Source of the DNA: Macrostomum hystrix
Taxonomy: Eukaryota; Animalia; Platyhelminthes
Length of the DNA stretch: 64,000 bases
Direction of reading: 5' to 3'
NCBI GenBank assembly: GCA_950097015.1
Contig: CATNEN010000014.1
Location: forward strand, 2,108,001 to 2,172,000
Shown: positions 25,749 through 37,872 of the stretch, in pieces
Numbering within the stretch: position 1 is the first letter of the stretch
Layout: the number at the start of each line of letters is the position of its first letter
Program-made: the position numbers and the translations under genes
The notes under the pieces: model-generated
What the model was told of the DNA's origin: nothing
Seen by the model: the letters and a program-made list of their open reading frames with translations, nothing else
Databases searched by the model: none

Positions 25749-26002
25749 TTCATATGTATACCATGTGTGCAATTTCAAAAAAACATTTTAAAATAATTTA
25801 ACAAATGAAAAAAAGCAAAGTCATTTATTAGTGCAACTTTGGTTTCAAATTGTGCAATGTTGTTGTACAGTAAAGTAAATTCACAAGCTTTATATGACGT
25901 TTTGTTGTTTCTTACATATATATATTATTTTTTGTTTACATATTGCTCTTTGTAACTGTTTATTATAAACATATATATATGTGTGTTTTTAATTAAAAAT
26001 AA

Positions 26003-26045
26003 CCAGTGAGGAGGCAATTCTGCCCATTTCGTTGACTCCTGAGCA
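26003..26045 (-). mobile_element. Fragment of SINE family A
   Basis: GAGGAGGCAATTCTGCCCATTTCG.TGACTCCTGAGCA matches the 3' part of 8198-8559. Confidence 0.65.
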
Positions 26046-26523
26046 TACCTAAGATTTTTACATGTATTCATTGCAATAAGATTGTTGGCATAACTACCTA
26101 ATAATGCCCCCTCAACAGCAAGCAGATTCATTCAAAGGTAACAGTGGCAAGTTATCTCGTATTTCCAGTTAGAAAAATTGACAAATTATAAAAAAAATTA
26201 GTAGAATATAGCAAATTATTTACCACATATATCTGTAGATAGTTTTAAATTAATGTTTGTTTTATTTTATGACATTTTATTCATGCCTACAATTGCATTC
26301 TGCAGTTGAGGCCAAGATTGAAGACATTCAGTTAAATATGTTGATCTAAATCACCATAGATTATAAGCTCTGTGACAAATTCAGCATGCAATTTTTGAAT
26401 TTCTGAAAAGTATGTAAATTATCTTATAGATGTATTTACACTATTTATACTAAAATACAAAGCATTCCCCAACTGCAGTTGGCCATGGATTAGCAATCAT
26501 TGCCTATTGAACTTTCAGCAGCA

Positions 26524-28720
26524 ATGCCAGGCCAGCCAGCCGCACACCCTGACAGATCTCACCTGCTGCTGCTGGCAGAGCTGCTAGTTTTCTGCCTAGG
26601 TCTGGCCGGCTGCCTGACTATGCAGCTGGACCGGGTGCAGCCCCATGCCTACATGGACGAAATCTTTCATGTGCCCATGGCGCAGAAGTACTGCCGCGGC
26701 GTCTACACCGAGTGGGACCCGAAGATCACCACCCCACCTGGCCTCTATGCCCTCTCTAGCGGGATCCTGCGATTGGTTTCCATGGCAACTGGCAATTCAG
26801 AAGACTCATGCAGCGTGTTTCGCTTGCGACTCACAAATCTAGTGTACTTTCTCATCAGCTTCCTGTCATTGTACGGCATTCTGTCCTCGCCGCGTCACTA
26901 TGACGTCATCAACCATGCCGATGAATCGAGTGGAAAAGTGGGCATGCCGGAGCCGCGGACTCGCATCTTGAAAGCCTTCTGCCTTTCGCTGCTCCCGGTG
27001 TCGTTTTTCTTTGTCAGCCTGTTCTACACCGACCAGGCGTCCGTGGCCTGCTTGCTGGCTGCCTACTTTATGCAGCTGAATGAGCACCGCCTTCTGGCCG
27101 GCCTCCTCGGCTGCCTGGCCGTCGCCTGTCGCCAGACCAACGCCGTATGGCTGCTGTTCTTCCTGGGCGCCGAGCTGGACATAGCCTGGCGGGCGAGACT
27201 GCGTGGGCTGGCGAAGCGACAGGAGGAGCCGGGACAGGCTGCTACAGGTGAGTGGGGAGTGACCTTTAATGCTTTTTGAGCTCTTATAATCTGCCGATAG
27301 TAGCTGGCCAACTCTTGCTCATGCTCAACTCTGATCATGACGAACCCTACTCATTACCAAACCTGCTCATGACCAAATTGACCAACCCTGCTCATTACTA
27401 ACCCTGCTTATAACCAACCCTGCTCATGACCAACCCTGCTCATTACCAACCCTGCTCATTACCAACCCTGCTCATGACCAACCCTGCTTATTACCAACCC
27501 TGCTCATTACCAACCCTGCTCATTACCAACCCTGCTCATGACCAACCCTGCTCATGACCAACCCTGCTCATTACCAACCCTGCTCATTACCAACCCTGCT
27601 CATGACCAACCCTGCTCATGACCAACCCTGCTCATTACCAACCCTGCTCATTGCCAACCCTGCTCATGACCAACCCTGCTCATTATAAAATATGCTCATG
27701 ACCAACCCTGATCATTACCAACCCTGCTCATTACCAACCCTGCTTATTATAAAATATGCTCATAACCAAACCATACAAACCCAGTCTCAATCTCAAATTA
27801 TCCTCTCTGCTTTCGCCTTCCACAGTCGAAGCCGCCCCGTCGCTCTGGTCGGAGGTCTTGGCGGTGCTGTCGCACCCGGCCCAGTTCCTTGCCACCGGCT
27901 GCCGCGTGGCCGTCCAGTCCTGGCCGCTGGTGACGGCTCTGGCCGGCTTTGCCGTCTTCGTCAGGATTAACGACGGCGTTGCCCTTGGCGACCGATCGGC
28001 CCACACCGCCCGATTGCACGGCCCGCAGGCACTGTACTTTCTGGCCTTCGCCGTCGTCATGCACCCAGCGGCGCTGTTCCGCACCCTGTGGCAGGCGGCG
28101 ATTGCGCCGGGACCGTCGAAGTTGCGCTGGCTGCGGCAGACGGCCCCGCCTCTGCTGGCGCTGAGCGGCCTGGCATGCCTGGCTGTCAGGTAAGACTGGG
28201 CACTGGGCGTCACGTCATCGGGATCTCTCCCAGATGTACCTGCCCCGATCCAAGGCTACAAGGTCTTGGTCACCCATCTCACTCCCATTGATTTTCTATA
28301 CTTATTTGCAGGTATCAGACCTACGAGCATCCCTACCTGTTGGCGGACAATCGCCACCTGACCTTCTACGTCTGGCAGCGGGTTTACCAGCGCCACTGGG
28401 CCGTCCGCTACCTGCTGGTGCCCGCCTACGCGGCCGCCCTCGTCTCCTACTGGCGGGCCGTGCCCCGCTCCGGCCTGTTCCGCCTGGCCCTGCTGGCCTG
28501 CACCTGCTTGGCACTGGTGCCCGCCGCGCTCATCGAGCCGCGCTACTTCATCGCCCCCTGGCTTCTCTGGCGAATCAGCGCCACCCGGCACGACTCCAGC
28601 AGCAGCCTCCTGTTCGAGACCGCCTACTTCGCCGGCATCAACGCCGCCACCTACTGGCTGTTCCTCAATCGGCCCTTCCACTGGGCCGGCCTGGCGGAAC
28701 CACAGCGCTTCATCTGGTAG
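26524..28720 (+). CDS. ALG10: Dol-P-Glc:Glc2Man9GlcNAc2-PP-Dol alpha-1,2-glucosyltransferase, 3 exons
   Basis: Exons 26524-27247, 27826-28189 and 28312-28720. Motifs PHAYMDEIFHVPMAQKYC, WDPKITTPPGLY, LFYTD, RQTNAVW, GVALGDRSAH, HPYLLADNRHLTFYVW and EPRYFI. Confidence 0.95.
27340..27770 (+). repeat. Minisatellite, 16 bp unit (ACCAACCCTGCTCATT/G), ALG10 intron 1
   Basis: Tandem 16-bp period. Confidence 0.93.
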
Positions 28721-28744
28721 CCCGGCTCATTGCAGTGCCCGTAT

Positions 28745-29315
28745 GCCCCACCTATTTCTGCTTCCCCACCTGTTTCTGCTTCCCCACCTGTCTCTATTTC
28801 CCCACCTGTTTCTGCTTCCCCACCTGTCTCTACTTCCCCACCTGTTTCTGCTTCCCCACCTGTCTCTATTTCCCCACCTGTTTCTGCTTCCCCACCTGTT
28901 TCTGCTTCCCCACCTGTCTCTATTTCCCCACCTGTTTCTGCTTCCCAACCAGTTTCTGCTTCCCCACCTGCCTCTACTTCCCCACCTGTTTCTGCTTCCC
29001 CACCTGTCTCTACTTCCCCACCTGTTTCTGCTTCCCCACCTGTCTCTACTTCCCCACCTGTTTCTGCTTCCCCACCTGTCTCTACTTCCCCACCTGTCTC
29101 TACTTCCCCACCTGTTTCTGCTTCCCCACCTGTCTCTACTTCCCCACCTGTCTCTACTTCCCCACCTGTTTCTGCTTCCCCTCCTATCTCTACTTCCCCA
29201 CCTGTTTCTGCTTCCCCTCCTATCTCTACTTCCCCACCTGTTTTTACTTCCCAACCAGTTTCTGCTTCCCCACCTGTTTCTGCTTCCTCACCTGTTTCTG
29301 CTTCTCTACCTGTTC
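28745..29315 (+). repeat. Minisatellite, 18 bp unit (CCCCACCTGTTTCTGCTT), just after the ALG10 stop
   Basis: Tandem 18-bp period. Confidence 0.95.
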
Positions 29316-29714
29316 CTGTCTTGTAATTCCCAGTTTTTAACTCTAGTCTCGCACTGTCGCATATTGCGAATTTCTTAATTAAACTAGTTATGTTCTCAAT
29401 CGAGTTGTTCAGACTGTGCCCGCAATATTCCTGTTTGTAAATGTTCAAACCTCTTCCAGGTGTTTGTAAGCCATTCTAGCAAGACTCAGTGTTATCTGTT
29501 TGTTCTCTGGTTCTGGGTTGTAGAAATGAGTCACAAATAGATCGCTGTTTAAATCCATTTTTGTTGCCAAGCGCACATTAATACTACATTACTGTGCGGC
29601 CATTCGTTTTTCTAAACCGTCAGTTCCTATTGTTATTGATTTATTGTAGTAAGAAGCGATCAGCTTGTGTTATCAGTATAATTGACAAGTGAGTATTGTG
29701 TTAAATGTCATGCA

Positions 29715-29720
29715 TTGCAG
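29715..29720 (+). promoter_or_regulatory. Candidate SL trans-splice acceptor at the start of the DDX55 reading frame
   Basis: ttgcag|CTA GCC AAG in phase 0; no in-frame ATG before the upstream stop TAA at 29679-29681. Confidence 0.6.
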
Positions 29721-29738
29721 CTAGCCAAGTCTCTAAAT

Positions 29739-29775
<37 letters not shown>

Positions 29776-32700
29776 GCTGGCAGCTGGACGGTGTGCAGCT
29801 GTCCGCTGCGGCACATTCAGCCATTGCCTCGCTTGGCTTTGCATCGCCGACTCCGGTTCAGCGGGCCTGCATTCCGCTGCTCCTCAGCCACAAGGATGTG
29901 GCTGCCGAGGCCGTCACGGGCTCCGGCAAGACCCTGGCCTTCCTGCTGCCGGCGCTGGAGCTGCTGGCCCGCCGGCCGGAGCCCTGGGGACGCGGCGAGA
30001 CCGGCGCCGTTGTTGTGGCCCCCACCGCTGAGCTGGCCAGGCAGGTGAGCGGCGTGCTGGACGCCCTGCTGGTCCACTACCCGCCAGGCATGAACCAGCT
30101 GCTGCTCACCAAGGGCTGCTCACAGACTGAGGTTGAGCAGTCCCTGGCCAAGGTGAGCTGGCTGATAATCAGTTTGCTATTCCTGTTAATTAAACTGGGA
30201 TAACAGTCGGTAATCAGATTGGGATTACAGTCGGTAATCAGATTGGGATTACAGTCGGTAATCAGAGTGGGATTACAGTCGGTAATCAGAGTGGGATTAC
30301 AGTCGGTAATCAGAGTGGGATTACAGTCGGTAATCAGATTGGGATTACAGTCGGTAATCAGATTGGGATTACAGTCGGTAAGCAGATTGGGATTACAGTC
30401 GGTAATCAGAGTGGGATTACAGTCGGTAAGCAGATTGGGATTACAGTCGGTAATCAGAGTGGGATTACAGTCGGTAATCAGAGTGGGATTACAGTCGGTA
30501 AGCAGATTGGGATTACAGTCGGTAAGCAGATTGGGATTACAGTCGGTAATCAGAGTGGGATTACAGTCGGTAAGCAGATTGGGATTACAGTCGGTAATCA
30601 GAGTGGGATTACAGTCGGTAATCAGAGTGGGATTACAGTCGGTAATCAGAGTGGGATTACAGTCGGTAATCAGATTGGGATTACAGTCGGTAATCAGAGT
30701 GGGATTACAGTCGGTAATCAGAGTGGGATTACAGTCGGTAATCAGATTGGGATTACAGTCGGTAATCAGATTGGGATTACAGTCGGTAATCAGAGTGGGA
30801 TTACAGTCGGTAATCAGAGTGGGATTACAGTCGGTAATCAGAGTGGGATTACAGTCGGTAATCAGATTGGGATTACAGTCGGTAATCAGATTGGGATTAC
30901 AGTCGGTAATCAGAGTGGGATTACAGTCGGTAATCAGATTGGGATTACAGTCGGTAATCAGAGTGGGATTACAGTCGGTAATCAGATTGGGATTACAGTC
31001 GGTAATCAGAGTGGGATTACAGTCGGTAATCAGAGTGGGATTACAGTCGGTAATCAGAATTGGTCAACTCGCCAACCCGAAGGGCGCCACCTTTGTCGTG
31101 GCCACGCCGCGCCGTCTCGGCGACCTCCTTGAGTCGACCTGCTCAACCGGCGAGCGGCTCTGCTCCTCCCTGCGCTCCGTGGAGCTGCTGGTGCTGGACG
31201 AGGCGGACCGGCTGCTGCAGCGCGGGTTCCGGCCGGCCCTGGACGCGCTGCTCAGCCGCCTGCCGAAGCAGCGCCGAACCGGCCTTTTCTCGGCCACGCA
31301 GACTCGCGAGCTCGAGCAGCTGGTGCGGGCCGGCCTGCGGAATCCCGTCTCTGTGCGGGTCACCGAGAAGCTCGCCAGGGTGCCCGCCGGCCTCACCAAC
31401 CTCTACAGCGAGGTGACCGCCGACAAGAAGCTCGACTTCCTGTGCCGCTTCCTCTCTGAGCACGCCAAGAACCAGAAGGTAGAGCTGGGCTGGGCACCTC
31501 TTACTGGGTGAAGTGAGATTTATGTAAAAACGGGATTCTTCTGATTGAAACGGGATTCTTCTGATTGAAATGGGATTCTTCTGATTGAAATGGGATTCTT
31601 CTGATTGAAATGGGATTCTTCTGATTGAAATGGGATTCTTCTGATTGAAACGGGATTCTTCTGATTGAAACGGGATTCTTCTGATTGAAATGGGATTCTT
31701 CTGATTGAAATGGGATTCTTCTGATTGAAACGGGATTCTTCTGATTGAAACGGGATTCTTCTGATTGAAACGGGATTCTTCTGATTGAAACGGGATTCTT
31801 CTGATTGAAATGGGATTCTTCTGATTGAAACGGGATTCTTCTGATTGAAATGGGATTCTTCTGTTTGAAACGGGATTCTTCTGATTGAAACGGGATTCTT
31901 CTGATTGAAATGGGATTCTTCTGATTGAAACGGGATTCTTCTGATTGAAATGGGATTCTTCTGATTGAAATGGGATTCTTCTGATTGAAATGGGATTCTT
32001 CTGATTGAAATGGGATTCTTCTGATTGAAATGGGATTCTTCTGATTGAAATGGGATTCTTCTGATCGAAATGGGATTCTTCTGTTTGAAACGGGATTCTT
32101 CTGATTGAAATTGGATTCTTCTGATTAAAACGGGATTCTTCTGATTGAAATGGGATTCTTCTGATTGAAATGGGATTCTTCTGATTGAAATGGGATTCTT
32201 CTGATCGAAATGGGATTCTTCTGATTGAAATTGGATTCTTCTGATTGAAATTGGATTCTTCTGATTGAAACACGATTCTTCTGATTGAAACGGGATTCTT
32301 CTGATTGAAATGGGATTCTTCTGATTGAAACGGGATTCTTCTGATTGAAATGGGATTCTTCTGTTTGAAACGGGATTCTTCTGATTGAAATTGGATTCTT
32401 CTGATTGAAACGGGATTCTTCTGATTGAAATGGGATTCTTCTGATTGAAATGGGATTCTTCTGATTGAAACGGGATTCTTCTGATTGAAATGGGATTCTT
32501 CTGATTGAAACGGGATTCTTCTGATTGAAACGGGATTCTTCTGATTGAAACGGGATTCTTCTGATTGAAACGGGATTCTTCTGATTGAAACGGGATTCTT
32601 CTGATTGAAACGGGATTCTTCTGATTGAAATGGGATTCTTCTGATTGAAACGGGATTCTTCTGATTGAAATGGGATTCTTCTGATTGAAACGGGATTCTT

Positions 32701-35700
32701 CTGATTGAAACGGGATTCTTCTGATTGAAATGGGATTCTTCTGATTGAAATGGGATTCTTCTGATTGAAATGGGATTCTTCTGATTGAAATTGGATTCTT
32801 CTGATTGAAATGGGATTCTTCTGATTGAAACGGGATTCTTCTGATTGAAACGGGATTCTTCTGATTGAAACACGATTCTTCTGATTGAAATGGGATTCTT
32901 CTGATTGAAATGGGATTCTTCTGATTGAAATGGGATTCTTCTGATTGAAACGGGATTCTTCTGATTGAAATGGGATTCTTCTGATTGAAACGGGATTCTT
33001 CTGATTGAAACGGGATTCTTCTGATTGAAACGGGATTCTTCTGATTGAAACGGGATTCTTCTGATTGAAATGGGATTCTTCTGATTGAAACGGGATTCTT
33101 CTGATTGAAATGGGATTCTTCTGATTGAAACGGGATTCTTCTGATTGAAACGGGATTCTTCTGATTGAAATGGGATTCTTCTGATTGAAATGGGATTCTT
33201 CTGATCGAAATGGGATTCTTCTGTTTGAAACGGGATTCTTCTGATTGAAACGGGATTCTTCTGATTGAAATGGGATTCTTCTGATTGAAACGGGATTCTT
33301 CTGATTGAAACGGGATTCTTCTGATTGAAACGGGATTCTTCTGATTGAAACACGATTCTTCTGATTGAAATTGGATTCTTCTGATTGAAATGGGATTCTT
33401 CTGATTGAAATTGGATTCTTCTGATTGAAACGGGATTCTTCTGATTGAAACGGGATTCTTCTGATTGAAACGGGATTCTTCTGATTGAAACACGATTCTT
33501 CTGATTGAAATTGGATTCTTCTGATTGAAATGGGATTCTTCTGATTGAAACGGGATTCTTCTGATTGAAATGGGATTCTTCTGATTGAAATGGGATTCTT
33601 CTGATTGAAATGGGATTCTTCTGATTGAAATGGGATTCTTCTGATTGAAATGGGATTCTTCTGATTGAAATTGGATTCTTCTGATTGAAATGGGATTCTT
33701 CTGATTGAAACGGGATTCTTCTGATTGAAACGGGATTCTTCTGATTGAAACACGATTCTTCTGATTGAAATTGGATTCTTCTGATTGAAATGGGATTCTT
33801 CTGATTGAAACGGGATTCTTCTGATTGAAATGGGATTCTTCTGATTGAAATGGGATTCTTCTGATTGAAATGGGATTCTTCTGATTGAAATGGGATTCTT
33901 CTGATTGAAACGGGATTCTTCTGATTGAAATGGGATTCTTCTGATTGAAATGGGATTCTTCTGATTGAAACGGGATTCTTCTGATTGAAATGGGATTCTT
34001 CTGATTGAAACGGGATTCTTCTGATTGAAACGGGATTCTTCTGATTGAAACGGGATTCTTCTGATTGAAACGGGATTCTTCTGATTGAAATGGGATTCTT
34101 CTGATTGAAACGGGATTCTTCTGATTGAAATGGGATTCTTCTGATTGAAACGGGATTCTTCTGATTGAAACGGGATTCTTCTGATTGAAACGGGATTCTT
34201 CTGATTGAAACGGGATTCTTCTGATTGAAACGGGATTCTTCTGATTGAAATTGGATTCTTCTGATTGAAATGGGATTCTTCTGATTGAAATGGGATTCTT
34301 CCGCAGGTGCTGGTATTCGTTGCCACCTGCGCAGTCGCCGACTACCTGGCCAAGGCACTGCGCCGACTCCGTCCGGACCTGCCGCCTCTGTCTGCCATCC
34401 ACGGCCGCATGCGCCGCAAGCGCCGCTCTGTGTTCGCCGCCTTCGCCGCCTGCCGCGCCGGAGCTCTAGTCTGCACTGACGTCCTGGCCCGTGGCGTCGA
34501 CCTGCCCGACGTCGCCTGGGTGCTGCAGCTCGACCCGCCAACCAGCGCCGAGCATTTTGTTCACCGCTGCGGCCGCACCGCTCGCATCGGCCGGGAGGGC
34601 CGCGCGATGCTCCTGCTGCAGCCTCATGAGCTGGAATACGCCGAGTTCCTGCGACTCAACCAGGGCGTTGTGGTGAGGCCTCCTTAGTTCTGCTATTTTC
34701 TAAGCGATTAAGTGATTTATGATGCACGAGGTTGCTAGGTGCAACTCAAGAATCCAGGTGGGTTGCTAGGTGCAAATCAAGAATCCAGGTGGGTTGCTAG
34801 GTGCAACTCAAGAATCCAAGTGGGTTGCTAGGTGTAACTCAAGAATCCAGGTGGGTTGCTAGGTGCAAATCAAGAATCCAGGTGGGTTGCTAGGTGCAAA
34901 TCAAGAATCCAGGTGGGTTTCTAGGTGCAAATCAAGAATCCAAGTGGGTTGCTAGGTGCAACTCAAGAATCCAGGTGGGTTGCTAGGTGCAACTCAAGAA
35001 TCCAGGTGGGTTTCTAGGTGCAACTCAAGAATCCAGTTGGGTTGCTAGGTGCAACTCATGTATCCAGGTGGTTGCCAGGTGCAACTGAAGTACCCAGGTT
35101 GTTGTTAAGCGGTATCAACTTTTTACGCAGGTGGAGCGCCAGGAAGTGGCAGAGGCGGACAGTCTGGCTGACCTGGGGCCGCAGCTGCGCCAGCTGTGCA
35201 GCCGGGACCGCCTGCTGTGCGAGAAGTCCATCCGAGCCTTCGTCTCCTACGTGCAGTTCTACCGCAAGCACGAGTGCCGGCTGCTGTTCCGCCTGCGCGA
35301 CCTCAACATCGGCCGACTGGCTTCCGCCTACGGTCTGCTGCGCCTGCCTAGGATGCCCGAGCTGCGGCGCCTGCCCGTCACCGACTTCCAGCCAGTCGAG
35401 GGCGTCGACCTGAGCGCCATTCCCTACCTGGACCGCAGCGTGCGGCTGCAGCGGGAGATGCAGCAGAAGCAGCAACAGGTGCTGAACCCCATTTCTGAGC
35501 ATTAATCCTTCTTAGTCCCATTTTTAATAGAAATTCGGGACTCCTATTCCCGTTTACCATTTTGAGATCCCTACCCATTCCAACTCCCAATTGTGAAGCT
35601 CTTTTCTCCCCTCCAGCAGCAGCCGAAAGACGCCAAGGACGACCTGTCGGCGCTGCCCGCCTACCGGCGCCTGCGGATAGAGCGGCGGCGAGAGCGCGAG

Positions 35701-35886
35701 ACTCGGGCCAAGCGCAAGCGCCGGGCCCCGGCAGCTGGCGCCGAGAAATCTGACGCGCTCACCGGCGAGGACCTCGCCGACCTGGAGCGCGACGTCGGCC
35801 TGCTGAAGAAGCTACGCAAAGGCCGCATCAGCACCGACCAGTTCGATGCGGCCTTCTGCCCGCAGGGCTCCGGCGACGAGGACTGA
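29721..35886 (+). CDS. DDX55: DEAD-box RNA helicase DDX55/Spb4, 5 exons, no genomic ATG
   Basis: Exons 29721-30152, ~31047-31478, 34307-34672, 35131-35478 and 35617-35886. Motifs TPVQ, KDVAAEAVTGSGKT, LDEAD, RRTGLFSATQ, TDVLARGVDLP, HRCGRTAR, RAFVSYV and YGLLRLPRMPEL. Confidence 0.93.
30195..31057 (+). repeat. Minisatellite, 24 bp unit (CAGTCGGTAATCAGAGTGGGATTA), DDX55 intron 1; stop-free in the exon frame
   Basis: About 35 units; translates as (LQSVIRVG)n continuous with exon 2. Confidence 0.95.
31528..34300 (+). repeat. Large minisatellite, 20 bp unit (GGGATTCTTCTGATTGAAAY), DDX55 intron 2
   Basis: About 138 units; last unit merges into the acceptor (gggattcttccgcag|). Confidence 0.97.
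34733..35095 (+). repeat. Minisatellite, 31 bp unit (GCAACTCAAGAATCCAGGTGGGTTGCTAGGT), DDX55 intron 3
   Basis: Tandem 31-bp period. Confidence 0.93.
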
Positions 35887-36026
35887 TAAACAGCTCTTGC
35901 ATTTCCCTATCTCGGACTATTTGCGTCAAATATAAAATCCCAACTCCTACTTAGCTAAGTAGTACGGCTAGTAGCCGCATTTTGAACATAAGCATGAAAC
36001 TTGTCCGTCTTGCTTATTTTTTATAC

Positions 36027-37386
36027 CAATCTACCCCACACAACACACCAAGCTTATCTACCCCACACAACACACCAAGCTTATCTACCCCACACAACAC
36101 ACCAAGCTTATCTACCCTCCACAACACACCAAGCTTATCTACCCCACACAACCCACCAAGCTTATCTACCCCACACAACACACCAAGCTTATCTACCCCA
36201 CACAACGCACCAAGCTTATCTACCCTCCACAACACACCAAGCTTATCTACCCCACACAACCCACCAAGCTTATCTACCCTCCACAACACACCAAGCTTAT
36301 CTACCCCACACAACACACCAAGCTTATCTACCCCACACAACACACCAAGCTTATCTACCCCTCACAACCCATCAAGCTTATCTACCTCACACAACCCATC
36401 AAGCTTATCTACCTCACACAACCCATCAAGCTTATCTACCTCACACAACCCATCAAGCTTATCTACCTCACACAACCCATCAAGCTTATCTACCCCACGA
36501 AACCCACCAAGCTTATCTACCCTCCACAACACACCAAGCTTATCTACCCCACACAACACACCAAGCTTATCTACCCTCCACAACACACCAAGCTTATCTA
36601 CCCCACACAACCCACCAAGCTTATCTACCCTCCACTACCCTCCACAACGGGCCTTCTGCCCGCAGGGCTCCGGCGACGAGGACTGATAAACAGCTCTTGC
36701 ATTTCCCTATCTACCTCACACAACCCTATCTACCTCACACAACCCTATCTACCTCACACAACCCATCAAGCTTATCTACCTCACACAACCCATCAAGCTT
36801 ATCTACCCCACACAACCCATCAAGCTTATCTACCTCACACAACCCATCAAGCTTATCTACCTCACACAACCCACCAAGCCTATCTACCTCACACAACCCA
36901 CCAAGCCTATCTACCTCACACAACCCATCAAGCTTATCTACCTCACACAACCCATCAAGCTTATCTACCCCACACAACCCATCAAGCTTATCTACCTCAC
37001 ACAACCCATCAAGCTTATCTACCTCACACAACCCATCAAGCTTATCTACCTCACACAACCCACCAAGCCTATCTACCTCACACAACCCACCAAGCCTATC
37101 TACCTCACACAACCCACCAAGCCTATCTACCTCACACAACCCACCAAGCCTATCTACCTCACACAACCCACCAAGCCTATCTACCTCACACAACCCACCA
37201 AGCCTATCTACCTCACACAACCCATCAAGCTTATCTACCTCACACAACCCACCAAGCCTATCTACCTCACACAACCCACCAAGCCTATCTACCTCACACA
37301 ACCCACCAAGCCTATCTACCTCACACAACCCATCAAGCTTATCTACCTCACACAACCCATAAAGCTTATCTACCTCACACAACCCA
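36027..37386 (+). repeat. Minisatellite, 27 bp unit (CTACCCCACACAACACACCAAGCTTAT), between convergent DDX55 and LPLA2; contains a 63-bp copy of the DDX55 3' end
   Basis: Tandem 27-bp period; 36650-36712 is identical to 35850-35912. Confidence 0.95.
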
Positions 37387-37872
37387 TATGCCATAAAATG
37401 AGGCGATGTGGAATTCAATTCAAACGTATTTTTGCGCGAATAAACGAAGCCAAGCTTTAGACATATCGCACATTTATTCACATTCATGTATTTATCACAA
37501 GCAGCAGTGCCAGTGCCCCCAGTTTGAGATACGAAGGTCTGTGAGCCGCAAGAGCAGCTTATTTTAGTTAGCATTTACATGACAAAAACAAAGGACTTTT
37601 CAACCGCAGGCAGGACAAGTATTCTCTACTGTTTGCATAATAAATTTATTTGTAGCTTTTCAAAATAAATGACGATAGATAGAAAATCCCAGATTAGAAA
37701 ATTACTGGGAAAAATGTAAGTTCAGTTAAAAAGCCTGTCAGCAGGAAGATGCTGCATGCAGCCGAATCGATAAAAAGCACGTCAGTGATGCGTGACAAAA
37801 GTGCAAATTTACACATAAGAAACAATTTAAATGTCAGTGAGACAGGGTACAGGAACCAGAGCTAGCAGCCAA

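Noticed and set aside
28651-29448. GGEAET / PPVSAS / RWGSRN repeat ORFs
   Set aside because: Products of the 18-bp array after ALG10; open in several frames.
29689-29720. 32-nt GT-AG micro-intron supplying a DDX55 start
   Set aside because: The upstream frame hits TGA at 29683-85, so no ATG can be joined.
31143-34541. Very long minus-strand ORFs (1132, 960 and 733 aa)
   Set aside because: Translations of the 20-bp minisatellite, which lacks stops on that strand; they are antisense to a DDX55 intron.
35982-37574. STPHNPSSL / LCEVDKLDG repeat ORFs
   Set aside because: Products of the 27-bp array; no real start context.
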